A stretch of 64,000 bases of DNA. Source: Ascidiella aspersa. Lineage: Eukaryota. The stretch lies in NCBI GenBank assembly GCA_963924565.1, contig OZ004609.1, positions 29,946,001 to 30,010,000 of the forward strand, in the 5' to 3' direction. This document shows positions 1 through 13,400 of this stretch, piece after piece. The first letter of the stretch is position 1. Each line of letters opens with the position of its first letter. Position numbers and translations under genes: made by a program. The notes beneath the pieces were generated by a model that saw only the letters and a program-made list of their open reading frames with translations, was not told where the DNA came from and ran no database searches.

Positions 1-138
1 TTTTGTTCGAACGTCCTCCCTTTTATCACATGGGAAACAAACATAACGAATTGCGATTAGGCGTTCGCTCATGGTCACAACCCCGCTTCTCTTAGTTCGG
101 ACGAGACAGTCTTCAATCACAAAACGATCGCGACGTCA

Positions 139-3100
139 TCATCGGGGTTCCACCAGGTTGAGGCATGACGTCAGAGATTCACGGCACTCGGAGAGGTAGG
201 CGTGCATGAGGTCATCGGCGCCACTCCGGCTCCGCGCCACGTTCCGCTTCATTGCGCCCCAGAAGTCCTCGTCCGCTTCACGGTTGACTCCCCGCGTCAC
301 GTGATGCCTTCTGCGGTCGTGATTGATTGGTTGGAAAAAACATTCAGTGTTGTTAAGAGCATGGGGGTGGGCAACCTACGACCCACCAATGAATATCATC
401 CGGACCTCCACATCCTTTACGAAATGGGTATGAGGCCATTTCTCATATTTTTTTGGCTTTTTAATTAGGTAAATGCGAACATTTTTCAGCCTGAAGACGT
501 AATGTCTATACCCCTGGATTGGGACTAAGGTTGCCCGCCGCTGGTTAAGAGAATATGGCAGGTTTAATACGCATGCAAGTAACAAACTCTGACTAATAAC
601 CTAAGAGAATTCTTGTTAAAATTTATCTTGTTAGGAGAATTCGACCGGTTGTATACATAAACAATTAAACATATATGAAATGTGAAATGTTTCAAGCATT
701 TCCGGCGTCTACATGGTTCTCTGTTGTGGGATTCAAGAATCGAACACCAGTATTCAAGGAACTATCATTTGGGGAAACTTTCTGACAAACAATAAAAGCC
801 TTAGAGTTATTTATTAAAACGGGGTAAACATTTTTTTAAATATTAATATTAATAGATAAAGTTAAACAAAAAGTGTCAATAAATAATTTTATTATTCCAC
901 TAATAACAAAAATAATATTTTTTTCAGCATAAAAAGAGCTTGTTTGTGTTTATTCCAATATCTACGTACTCCGTTTCGTTGGGCCGCAGGCTAAGCTTAC
1001 AGGATCCCTCATTTCTGATAAAGGCGAATTCTTCCAGCAAATCAATATCTGGAAAAATAAAAAATGTTAAAATCGCGAAATTGTAACACAACCGACATAG
1101 GCACAACAAAGCCTCAAAATCCTAAAACGATTTTTAAGGCAGCCATTTTTTTATTTTAAGCTAAATTTTAGTGCAGCCCGAGTTTTCCGGTGAATACCAA
1201 CATCTGCAATTTAAAAAAAATACGGTCAACAAAATGCAGTTTACAGTTTAACGATTCAAGTTTTCTTGTTTAGAAAATAGCTATCTTGTTTTTGTTGTAA
1301 TTATACAAAAAAAGTTTACGACAGAATCCAAAGTTAAAGTTTGCTACATATGCCCTTCTTTTATCTCGACCAAAGACCCAAACACTCACTGATGACGTAA
1401 TCAAAGAAAAGGTGAAACTTGAAACTTCGCTTTTCGACCACGCGGCGCAAAACGCGGCTGGCCTGAGTCTTCCACCTTGGCCAATCATGTTGCGTCAAAA
1501 TGATCATGTGACCCAGCACTTGGTCATCCTCCACCGCTAGCGTCACTCGCTGAAGGCTGCAAAGACAAACAGTAGAAATATGTGCCAAAAGGTACAATTT
1601 TAAGCAATGTTGTCTGCTTTTGAAGAAGATAAACCACCGGGCACAAGTGCAATCGGTTTTCGACTTGGTACTACTGATTAGCTCAATTAGTTAAGCGACG
1701 GCTCTCTATAGCCGAGAAAGTTAGTTAAACAGCGGAATACCTTTAAAAGTTCGGCCTCTGTTCTATGACAATACCTTGATACGAACTTCTAATGTAACTT
1801 CAAACCTGGATTCGACCTTCTAATGCAGGGGTGTCCAACAAGCGGCACGCGACCAAATGCGGCACGCGACCAAATAAAAAATGGCACGCAGGCCCCCTTA
1901 AATTACTTAATTTGCTATTCAGCCAATTGTAAAAAAAATACCTAATTCGTTATACAGTAAACTGCCATTGTTTACAAACAATATAAAACAATCGCTGCAA
2001 TCACGACAACTAACAATTACTTCTAATACTATAACATTATATTGTAGTGGAGGCTAGCATTCATATAACTAGTTTGGTGTGAAGAAACAAAAAGCAAAAG
2101 TCAGCTCACCAACGGACATTTAGATCCAGTAATGCGCACTGCTAACTACACGTTTTTATTATTTGTAAAAAAGCGCTTTTATTATTAGAAAGAATTATAT
2201 TACTAAACTTTGGCACAGGAAGAAGTTATAGGATAAAAATTGGCACGCCGACATGTTTGAGTTGGACACCCCTGTTCAAATGTAAACTACTTAAACTAGG
2301 AGCAAAACTTAAAAATAGCTGAATCGGATTTAGCTATTTTCAAAATTAACTCACTTGGTGATAAAAACGTGGACCCAGAAAGGAAGCAGCTCTTTGATTG
2401 CGAGCGCTACGGTGCGAAGCCTGGGTTGCGGTGGGGCGGCCGACCCCCGGGTGAAGAGCTCGCTGTCCGGGGGATTCACAGGGGGGAGCAACCGGGTGGG
2501 GTACTGGGCGTCCGGCGCCGGGCTGTAGGGCAGGTGGGCCAGCGCCCGGAATATGTGCTCGCACGATTCCTAAGGTAAGAAAAGCATGCTGACTTAAGGT
2601 TCTTTTGGTTGTCAAAATTCTAGGTATTATTGTTGTAGCATTTAACATGCAAAATTACTCGATTTTGCCGAATTTGACGGCACTATAAACGTGGCCGTTG
2701 TTCCACTGACGTGTGACCAAGCAATTTATCTTAATTTATGCTTTCAACTGTATACGTCTTACTGATTACGGCTTGAATCAGCGGTCCGTTTATCGTGTGT
2801 TTCTGAGATATGTGAATATACTCAACGGGCAATATCTACTGAGTGAAGCGACTTTGTCTAGAGTTCAAGAAGTTAAGGACAGGTATTTTAGCAGCAGGTT
2901 TCTTTGGAATCAGATTAAGGACTTGAAGAGACTTAGGCAGCCGTCGGCTCTCGTCTTCAGAGCCAGCACCCCCTTACCCCTAACTACAGACCTACATAAG
3001 CGAAAAAAAGTGAGCACTTATATTTGGCCAAGTCAATAAGATATAAATAGTATATAGGTTAAGTATTTGTTTTCACAACAAAATCTTGCCCTCCAACAGA

Positions 3101-6100
3101 GCACATAACACATCATGCCGACGATAAAAAGCACTTTAGTAGCGTTTTAACGCACTTCTTTTCTGAAACTTTTAACCAAATTTCTGTTTTTTTGTTAAAT
3201 TGGTAATTTTTTCTAACGTTCATGGACCAACGAACGATGCTTGAAGCAATATTAACAAGAGTATTGAGCAATTATTCTAAATCCTAGTAAAAAGGAAGAT
3301 TACATCAGTTAATGAATATACTGTTGCTGCCAGGCATTGTATCATTTGCAAAATTGTTCGTCCTGCAACACATTTTTTTCATTTCTTTATTATTTGACTG
3401 CTATATAGATATTTTCCCCGCTGTAATAGCATTACTCTGAAGACTTCTTGTATAGACTATCGAAACGTCGGTACATTTAATAGAACGAAATATTGCCGGA
3501 AGAACAATTTTACAATTAATTGCATCAGTTGTTTGTATCATTCAACAATATTAGAAAATGCGATCTTACGTTGAGCTGGTCCAAGGCGAAATAGGTTGAG
3601 GCCAGCTGGCAGTGGATTCTCGCAACGAGTGCTTTGTGAAATCTTTCCAAAGGTAATGGTTGTTAGAGCAGGTTCGAGATTATTATAGAAAAATGTTCGG
3701 AAACAATATTTATTCTCAAATTCTACATTTCCCTATTTGAAGTTAATTTAATTACAAATTGTTGCTAAAAGTTAGAACGTTTAAAAAAAAAAAAATTAAG
3801 GTTTTGCTCAATAAGTATTTTAAAACAACTGACTATTGAACTACATGTTCCTAAAACGATATTGAGATTGTTCTCACAGTAAGCGCGTTTCAAAAGAATT
3901 AAAAAACTACAAGGACTAGTTTTCTTGTGCTATGCACTAAAACATTGCAATTAATAAAAAAGTTTTAAACATTTTACAATTCAAAAATTTATGGAGGACA
4001 TAATTACCGGACATTAATTCGACATGAAATGCAAACTACAAAATATTTAAAAATGCTTTGCCAGGCTTAGGCTTACTAAGACGCAAGAATAAATGAAAGT
4101 TCAAACAGAAAACACAAAAAAATGATTCATCTTTACAAAATTTCTAAAATATTTAAATATTTAACTATAAAATTCATTTTTATGGACAAGATTTTATTCG
4201 AGAATTCTTATAGCGGTTAAAAAAAAAGTGTGACTAACTCACCCGGCTTCGTCCGATTTCTGCTCGAGCAGGTCGAGTCGCGAGAGCGCCGCCTTGTGGT
4301 TGGCGTTGTAGGCAAGCACGTCGGCTAGGAAGAGCTGGAACCAAGTCCACCTCTCGCACTTCCAGCGACGCGTCAGATGGTTGAAGTCTTAGGGAAAATA
4401 TGAGTTTTGGAATGTAACGATCGATTTGTTTGATGTTATGGCTTAAAAAGGTGGCAAACTAGCGATGCGCAGTTCGCGTACGTGGATTATAAGCTTTTTT
4501 GTTGTGAACAAGTTAAATTACAATTAAGTTAAGGTGAAGGCAAATTTAATCGAACCTTGTGGGTGTTGACAAGGATACTATTTGCCCAGTGTGCTTCAAA
4601 CGGGTATTATATGATAAATTTTGTTTCGTTTTAATAAGTTAGTAATTAATGAATTTTTTTTTTTGAAAGCGGTATGTAAGCCAGAAGGCGGCTAGTGGTG
4701 TATAGGTTTTTACCTTTTTTGCTATTGTTAGCATTAATTTTACCCTCGAAAAGGCGCTTTCAAGGACTAGACAAGGCTTTCTAATCTTGCTGATTTGGAA
4801 CAATCTTATTTTTTGTACTAATTTAGCATCTTTTGGGCGCACAATACAGGTATATAATAGCCTTTTTCACAATTAGGTGGCATGCCAATTTCTACCTTTC
4901 TCGTACGATTCGAGGGAGTGGAGAATGGTCCAAGCCTCTCTTGCCACGTGAAACGTCTCTCTAATGTCGGCACTCTGGGAATTCGTGGTCAATTGGGAGT
5001 TTGGCGACTCGCCTGTTTCACTTACGTCGGCAATATGGACGTAGGCTTTGTCTGTCGAGTCGGAATCTATTTGCAAGAAAATTATAGAATTATTGGAGCA
5101 AATTTAGTAAAAGTAACTAAAGGAGCGGGTGGCCTTAAAAAAATTCGAAGAGAAACATTGTCTAATTTGGTTTCGCCTTGAAAAATTGTTTTAGTGTATA
5201 ACGTTAGATATATCGTAATCCACACTGTCTGGTAGATAATTAATTAAACGGTTCGTTCGTGAAAATCGAACTCAAATCTTTTTGTTAACGCAACCTAAGC
5301 TTCGGACGTTTAGCCCTGCAGACATCCCAGAACTAACGTGCCAGGCTCAAGAGTGTTCGACTGTCCGTTTACCGCCCATGTTAGTTCCCATGTATTCTAT
5401 TTTTATATCTAGTGGATACAAAAGTCTTGTTGTCAGTCGTGAAATAGTTAAACCCCGGGCATTTTTTTACTTGTGTATATGGCAGGGTCCATTGCTAGCA
5501 TGTACTTTGATGCCGCTTCGAAAAGAAGGATTATAGTTGTGTAGAATATTTGTTTGCGGTTCACTGCTCCGTCCACGTCCGTTCTACTTTGTCGGAACAG
5601 ATCACGCATGAAAGACATTCGATCACTCAGTGAGGAACTGAAAACGATGAAAAAATAAAAAAACACAAGACTTCAATACCTATTTTAAATATGTTTTATA
5701 TGTAATATTTCAAAACCATTAATTAAAACAATACTCTTATAAAATAAGTAGTCATAATATAATTAAACCATGTTAACCTTTTTGTATCACTGTTGTCGAT
5801 GCTCCAGTCACAACGGACAGCAATAGTTGATAAGAGGGTTTCCATTTCTTTCCATGATTCACACCCATCGCCTTCCGCTAAAAATATCAAATTTTGACAT
5901 CAATATAACTAACCAAACAAGCATAAAATATTTCTTGTGTATAGACCAAAACCAATTAACTAATTCGGTATACATATAGACAAATAACTCCGATTCAAAC
6001 CCATAGTATTACACAATCTTCAAAACAACCTATTACAAAATGTTAGAAACAACAAATTCCATTAAGAGACATAATAACAATTTAAGCTACTTTGCTTTGT

Positions 6101-7660
6101 TTAAAATACACTCATTATTTTATTTAAATCATGTAAAATCTTGATCTAAATATATACACTTGAAATCTTGATCTAAATATATACATCAATTTGTTTGGAT
6201 GGCAATTAGAATATCACTTTAAATGAGTTCAGTGATATGTAAATTTACCTTCCTTCAGTGTGAAAAAGCAGGAATAGAATTCTGTTGCCTTCTGAAGCCA
6301 TTTGTAAATGTGCTTGTTAGAAACTGAAAGGCTGCTACTTCGACAAATCACTGGCAAAACTTCGCGCACCAGTAGTTTTCGACAGTGATTCACCGGAGTC
6401 AACTCAGCATCGCGCTTTTCAGTTTCAACCAATTTTTCAGTGATTGGAAGCTAAAACATACATGGTCAAATACTTATAGTCTTATATATTTTATTTCAGT
6501 ATAAAATGCAGTCAACACATTGTGGTTGTGTCTTATTAAAAAATACTAAAGCTACAAACATATAAAAATGTAAATTGCTCTGCTATCTTTATAAAAACAA
6601 ATTTGACATACCCCATATTGTGAAACAGTTTCTGGGAATTTTGTCATCAAAAGCATCATTAAGCGGCAGTATTGTGTGATGTTGACTCGTGCCTCTGCAC
6701 TGGCGATTATCATTCTTTGTTGGGTGATGCCAGGTAAGTGGGAAAATATATCTACAAGTTAACACAAGGTGATTCCGTAAAATTTGGGCAGGCTAAAATG
6801 GTAAAACATGTTGGAAATTGCAAATTGTTCTACAAACCTGTAATTGGATGCTTGCAAAACACCAATATTTGGCAAAAAAAAAAACTTTGAACAAAATCAA
6901 TTGAACTTTTAACATTAACGAATAACATTAAACATGCAGCTTATTATACATGTATTTCACCATTTCTTGATGCATCATTTGACTTTTCATTTGATTGTAT
7001 CAACAATTCAATTTCTTCCCATAACTGTGATTCCGAGGAGAAATCTCTGTATCTGAAAATTATAAACATTTAAATCAAAATAAATTTGAGATAAAGGCCT
7101 GGCAATGCACAATACACTCTGCATTTCATGGTGCTTTTGAGATGTGCAGGTGTGCAATTATGCCTTTCTGCAACTTTTAGGTTGGAAATCCTACCAAAAC
7201 TTAGCTTCTAAACTTAACTGCACAATATACCAATTTACAATTTGTTTCTAAACAAAAATATAATATGTATCCGCCACAGAATGCAGACTGGTGCCTAACA
7301 AACTGTCATTGGCTAAAAAAGGTTATTTTATGAAAGAAAGAGTGTATGTGTTTATCCATATAGATCAGTTATAATAATCCACTTACATTTCATTTAAAAC
7401 TCTTGCACATTCTTCAAAGTTCTCCTTTTTCATTTCCAGAAGATATTCCTCAAACTAAAATCATAGCCACAATATGACAAACGGGTACCAGCATAATGTA
7501 TTCTCTGTAAAAATTGAAATACAAAACTACATACTTGCAACCGAAAACTTTGGGGAAAAATGGATTTTGCCGTGAGAAGCCAGCTTCTTGCTGAATAAAT
7601 ATCATTGTCAACTTGTGATTTGGATGTGTTTAGCAGCCAGTCTTCGTGATTTGTATCCAT
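139..7660 (-). CDS. INTS10: Integrator complex subunit 10, 14 exons, ~638 aa
   Basis: Exons 7660-7535, 7454-7387, 7052-6961, 6751-6612, 6450-6249, 5877-5778, 5637-5471, 5066-4896, 4387-4243, 3642-3570, 2569-2355, 1556-1390, 1048-970, 310-139. All introns are GT-AG with consistent phases (1917 nt). Motifs recognised as INTS10: DIYSARSWLLTAKSIFP, KFPETVSQYG, PVNHCRKLLVREVLP, WTWFQLFLAD, DDQVLGHMIILTQHDWPR, FFDYVINIDLLEEFAF, HHVTRGV. Confidence 0.93.
1826..2274. mobile_element. non-autonomous hAT-type MITE in an INTS10 intron
   Basis: TIRs CAGGGGTGTCCAAC / GTTGGACACCCCTG, subterminal GGCACGC repeats, 8-bp TSD TTCTAATG / TTCAAATG (1 mismatch). Confidence 0.85.
3311..3518 (+). mobile_element. degenerate Penelope-like inverted-arm element with hammerhead-like core
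   Basis: 12-bp TSD ATTACATCAGTT (3299-3310) / ATTGCATCAGTT (3519-3530). Imperfect inverted arms at ~3345-3372 and ~3488-3516. Core TACT-CTGAAGA...CGAAACGTC-GGTA at 3433-3473. Confidence 0.6.
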
Positions 7661-8155
7661 ATTTTTGAAAGGTGTTGCAAATCGATCTACACGAACTAAA
7701 GTAGTTATTGCACAAAAGTTGTATCAAACGGTCTTAACCCTGTTCACATCAGCGTGCATTTAAATTGTACAATACAAATTTTTTTTTACAATTCGTGTAG
7801 TCCCGGGAAATTCCCTAATTTAAAATGCATTGTTCCGTGTTTGTTGTTTTTCGTATGTTGTAGCAGTCAAACTTGACAAACATTGACATATTTTGTTTAA
7901 TTTGATAGTTTTAGTTTGAGAATTTTGTTTAAATGTTAAGAATAATTTTTATTAACTAATATCTCAAAGGTAGTATTCTATGTTTTCATTAAATATTCAC
8001 GATTCACCTGATGACATTTAGTTAAGGCAGCAACAGTTCAGTCATAGAGTATTGCAAAAAAACAATTCAGAAATATCTAAATATAACAATTCCTAATTAA
8101 ACACATGTGTCATACGTGTTTTAGTAAACTTTACCCCATTTGATAAGTCTAAATC
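7661..8155. promoter_or_regulatory. probable bidirectional promoter region of INTS10 and TTC36
   Basis: Divergent start codons are separated by only 495 bp. Possible TTC36 5'UTR intron or outron (GT at ~7969, TTTTAG acceptor ending at 8124). Confidence 0.7.
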
Positions 8156-9840
8156 ATGAGTATGGACTCTGTGATCAGCAAAAACGACAAGCAAGTGTTA
8201 CAAATGATAATCAACCCAAATATTCCCTTGGATGGCGATGACGATGCAGCAGCTAGCCTGGAGCACGGTAATTTGTATCTATTATTTTTATGCATCAAAA
8301 TATTTCACTTTTTGGCAAGGGTATTACTAATATACTAGGCAACTTACAAGACCATGACTAACTTGCAATTTTAGAAAAAAAGAGTATGTTATGTACCATT
8401 GCCAAAAATGAGAAAATGTTTAAGTACAACTGGAGAAAGTAATATAAATCAAACGAGGAATAAAAGCTTTGTGTTGTTGTATACATAATTTTAGCATGCG
8501 GAAGGTGCCTGTAAAAAAATGTTTTGAACAACTCTTTTTTTTTGCAATTTTTAGATGAAACTGTTGATTCGACTTTTGACGAAGCAAGCTTGACTGAAGT
8601 AAAACGTCTTGAGAAGGAAGGTGTTACTTTTGCTGAAACCGGGAATATCACCAATGCCATGAACTGCTTCAACCAAGCAATTGCCATATTGCCTCAACGT
8701 GCATCTGCCTACAACAATAGGGCCCAGGCAAAGAGGATAAGTGGGGACATGGAAGGTAAATATCTGACATCTAACTTTGTATTATGTATTTTGTAAAATA
8801 TTAGAAACCCTGAGTTCCAGAAAGCACTGTCTTAACAAAAATTTTACTGACGGATTCTTCTAAATTTGTTACACAACATATGGTATGCCCTTTTTCAGTG
8901 TATCCATATAGAAATATTTTGGAACAGCGCCAAGGCCGGTTATGTGCCAATGTAATCTCTTAGATAAAATAGTTTTTTTTCTAAAAAAAACTTTACGAAA
9001 TATTTATTTTTCCAACATCAGATCGTTGTTTTTCACATAATATTACTTTTTTTTAACAACATACATGCACCTTGTAAACATAAAACTTTTAAAAACCCAT
9101 TCCTCAATCTGTTTGCCAGGTGCTATTGCAGATTTAGACACCGTCATTAATTTGACTCAAGGACAGGGCAAGGTTGCCAGTCTTGCTTTCACCCAAAGAG
9201 GTCTGCTCTTCAAACTAAGCGGAGATAAAACAGCTGCAGAGCAGGACTTTAAACAGGCTGCTAAGTTGGGCAGCAAGTTTGCAAAGCAGGAGGTAAGTTT
9301 GTTAAGCTTTGTATTTCAGTTGTTGTTTGTGTGTTTTAATGTATAATTGTCTGTTAAGTTTTTTGTAATTAACTTTTTTTAGTTTTGGCTGATAAGAGTA
9401 ATCTGTGCATTGACCAGTTATAAAACATTTCAAATCATTTTAATTGTAATTATCTGACTTTAATATTTTCAGAATAAACAATTTTAATGCTGGAAATGAA
9501 AAGCCTTTGGTTAAGACTTTTAAATACACATATAACAACTGTATTACTGTAATTGTTTTATATATCCCTGCTTGGTCAATTCAATCAAAATGGCTTAATG
9601 ACATCCTTTATCAAGGGGTTTACCTTGCACAAGGCTGTGACATTGTGAGATGTGTCAATGTATCATTGTGTCCAATAATGGCTGAATTTTACTGTTTTAG
9701 CAAAAATGTAATTTTTTTTAATATTTTATCCAATTTTTTCATTTTAGTTGGTTGAGTCGAACCCATATGCAGCATTGTGCAACCAAATGTTGGGCAAAGT
9801 TATGCAAGGCCTGAAGACTGGACAGACCGAGGAAAATTAA
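8156..9840 (+). CDS. TTC36: tetratricopeptide repeat protein 36, 4 exons, ~192 aa
   Basis: Exons 8156-8267, 8555-8755, 9120-9292, 9748-9840 (579 nt, consistent phases). Motifs [70 protein letters not shown]. Confidence 0.95.
8800..9040 (+). repeat. interspersed repeat, copy A (TTC36 intron 2)
   Basis: Aligns by eye with ~10640-10915 (CCTGAGT(T/C)CCAGAAAGCACT...AAATTTGT...TATAGAAATATTTTGG). Ends approximate. Confidence 0.75.
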
Positions 9841-10402
9841 CATGTCTGCAAATCTTAAACTGCTGAAAACTGTGTTTGCCCTGGTTTGCCCTATCATGTA
9901 TATTTTTAGTAATTTATGATTCAATTTTATGTATGTTTTACAGTGTTATACCTTTTAACACACTTTTTACTTTTTTTAGTTGGATTGTTAGAAGTGTCTG
10001 ATCTTGATTGCAAAAAAGAAAATTTTAACATGGGAAATGTTTTACCTTTTACTATATACATAAATACATGTATTTCTTGTTTTTCTTTGTTGATATAGTT
10101 GGTTTGCGTAAAAGCGGTACAAGTCGTTTAATGTTCTTAGATTTTGTTTATTAAACCTTAATGATTCACGGAAATGCAATTTCGCCACTGTGTTAAAAGT
10201 ATTATTGCGTCGTGTACGTCAATTTGCCTTAAATATACCGCGCAATCCACAAAAAAAACTTTGATGGCTTTGTAGAGAATTTACACCAGCGTGTATAGAC
10301 TTTCCAGCATACCACTACATTAGTACAATACAATTTATTTGCGAAAAAGCGATAACTACAAGAAGTGCATCACGTGAAAGAAAGCTTTAACGGTAGTTTT
10401 AT

Positions 10403-13400
10403 TCAAGCATTGTACGACCTTAAACTTCCTGGTCGCGATCCACGGCCTTTCCTGCAGGTAAAATAGAGAACTCAATTTTTGTTTGAAATTTAAAAACTGT
10501 ATTATCTACGCACAGCCGCACGCAATACATCATTATATGTTTAAGTCCCAAGATATTAATGTCTGTATCAACCTGTGTTGGCCACGTGTCAAATCTTCCC
10601 CCAGCTACAAAATTTATTTCCAGAAATCACTGTTAGCTAAAAAATAGAAAACCTGAGTCCCAGAAAGCACTCTCTCTCGTTTTGCAACAATTTTAAGGCG
10701 AGTTCTTCCAAATTTGTCACACAACGTACTGTACGCTTTTTTTACTGTATTCCTATAGAAATATTTTGGCCAGCACCAATGCCGTGTCGAGTCCAACACG
10801 AATCGCTCACACAGTAGAGACGCATCCCAAATGGAAACATTTTTTTCTAAAATAATTTTACCAAACAATTATTTCGTCAACTTTCTACTCGGCTCGGAAC
10901 GTGCTTTTTCACGAGCAAATTAAAACCGTTTTGTCACTAACGCAATACTCATCATACGAGGACAACAAAAATTCTCACCGGGAATCATTAACCCTTGGCA
11001 GCCTCTGTCCCCGTAGAGGGCTGTTGTAATCTGACGTCAGACGAGGCATAGCAGACTGCGTCCTGTTTTGAAAAAGGGAATATTAAAAATAAACGATTCA
11101 ACTGCAGTGTGTTATAAAATTGCGTGACTTACCTGCGTGCGTAATGCTGTCGATACAACTCTGGTCTTGAAGGTGTCACCGGAGAAAGACAACTGAAAAC
11201 ATTAAATTTTACATCTTCTACAATATATGCTAGTTTGAACAGTAGAAGACAAGCTTCTTAAACTGGTCACCGTTACACGCGGAGCAGGCCTACTCATGAA
11301 TTTTTTAGAGATGATGTCATTAATTTACGCGTTAAACCCAGTAGCTTTCAAAGAAACCTACTGTTTTCAGTCCAACAAATGTGAAAGGGAAATGGATTTT
11401 AAGTAGGCCTACAATCAAGAGATGAAAACAATACTTTCGTTTAAATAAAACATTATACTTTTCAAGTTGTACACTAAAAGATCAATTATGCATTCATGAG
11501 CCTCCTAAAAACTGTCCACATACCCACAAGGGGCGTCAACGAACCCAAGTTTAAGATCCCTGATTTTTTGTGTAAAATTTGTAAACAACATATGACAAGA
11601 AAAGTGGCGACTAAAGTAAAATTACATTTCGCGCATTTTGTATTTTAAACTCGTTAATTGTATCCCCGAATAGTGGCTCGGCAAAAGTTACGTACCCAAC
11701 AAAGGTTGGATAACCGCTCATTACACACTACAGTTATAAGGGATCAGTACCCTGTAGGGGTCACTAGGCCATGTTTTCCTGAAGGACTTATTCGAAAATA
11801 TTTTCTCTAAAATAACCAGCCGTTTCTTTTACCTGGATGGTGAAATTTGTGACAAAGTGTCCACAGCCGCACTCGGCACCGCTCGTACCTTTTAACCCTA
11901 TCATTACCGACCGAGTATAAGTATTATTATCAGAGAATAAAGCTATTCTCTTGCATTCAGTGAAAGGCTCAGTCTAGTTTAAGTACAGATGTCGTCACAA
12001 TCGTCTTATTCGATAGTTTCCTCTTTTGTGCTACGCCTACGTGAATAGCACACCGTTGCCTATAAGTGATGTACATTTCTTATTACCGGTTTTTCATTAA
12101 TTTTAGAGTAGCGTATTTGGTATCTATTTATTAAGTCTTTTGTTAAAAACATATAAGAAACGGCCTTCCGTAGAAGATAACGTAAGCCTAGTTCTTTTCC
12201 TTGATGTTTAAAATGTGTTTTTAAGTCAGTGTCAGTCATTCTGAACGTATTTTTGCAACGTTATAACAGTTTTTTGAGTTGCAAATATATATATTTTTTT
12301 TTTTTTTTTTTTTTTTTTTAGGGTAAAATCTTTAGAATTCGTACAATTATCATGCACCTATGTTAGTTTCTACAATCCTTGCGCCCTAAGCCTTCTGCCA
12401 TAGGCCCTTCCTACAATCGCTAAGTAAGTGGATTGCTTACTTAAGCCTCGCTTATGAGCCAAACATTTACAACGCAATTTTATGTTCACTTTATAAATTC
12501 ACTTACTGGTCCATTTTCCACGATATTTCGGGGTCCACCATGCCACTAGCCGTCGGTCTGGTTGCGTAGCCTTTTCGAACCGCAACTGGCATCTCAAGCA
12601 GATAGCGGAGTGTATCCGTGTTGTAGTACGGAGCTAGGCTGTTCCAAGTGAAGGGGGTGTATGGGCGTCTATTTCAAAATATAAGCACAATCACTGTTGG
12701 AGCTTCGACAATACATATGCTTGGCATTAAACATTATGGAATTCTTACATTGTGAAGAGCCTATATTGGAAATAAATTATGACCTATACAGCTCTTATCA
12801 GTTTATTTTAAAACAACACTTGGTGAATCTTTGAAGTATGGGTAATTGGTAGTTTAAAACGATAAAAAAATGTTTGGCTTTTTTGCCATTTAAGCATACA
12901 CACAATTTATAAATCTCCCGTCAAGCAAATTTTCCCATTCATGTAAACGTTTTAGTCGGGCCAGGCAAAGTCTTCGAAAATACGTTTTTTCTAACATTAA
13001 TCAAAACGCTTTTGGTTTGTTTATCAATGAAATGCAGGTGCATATGGTTTGTTGGCCAACTCACACTTTGGGTCGTTTGGTAAGCGTCACACTTGCAGTC
13101 TTCTTCAGTCTTTTCTCCAGTCGATCGCACTCTTTTTTCAGGAAGACAAGCTCTGAGCTTTCGGCCATTAGGTGGCGGGAGCGTGCGGGAGCTGATTTAG
13201 GTTTTCTGCAATATTTTGCGACATATGAGCTTATTATATTACATATAATCCCGCTAATGATGAATTTAGTTGCCCTGCCTTGGTGTTTTACATTCCATAA
13301 AAAAACACAAAAAGCTGTGTATAGTATCAGTTGTCTGGGTTCAACTAGAGAATGGCTATCTGCAATCGTCAGTCATTTTGTAAAGCGTAAGAATAACAGT

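Noticed and set aside
202-2648. ORF-track hits such as 202-468(+), 2369-2578(+) and 2346-2648(-) as independent genes
   Set aside because: They are antisense or off-frame shadows of GC-rich INTS10 exons. The same applies to 13017-13463, 21334-21753 and 38442-38876 over exons of other genes.
4455-4700. Helitron-like insert bounded by ACTAGC...GCTAGT
   Set aside because: Termini and hairpin are too weak to support without other copies.
11833-11975. Exon-like segment with a CAG|GTAAAA donor in the Ser-rich gene
   Set aside because: No acceptor gives the required phase 2 to phase 2 open frame. The flanking exons join cleanly without it.
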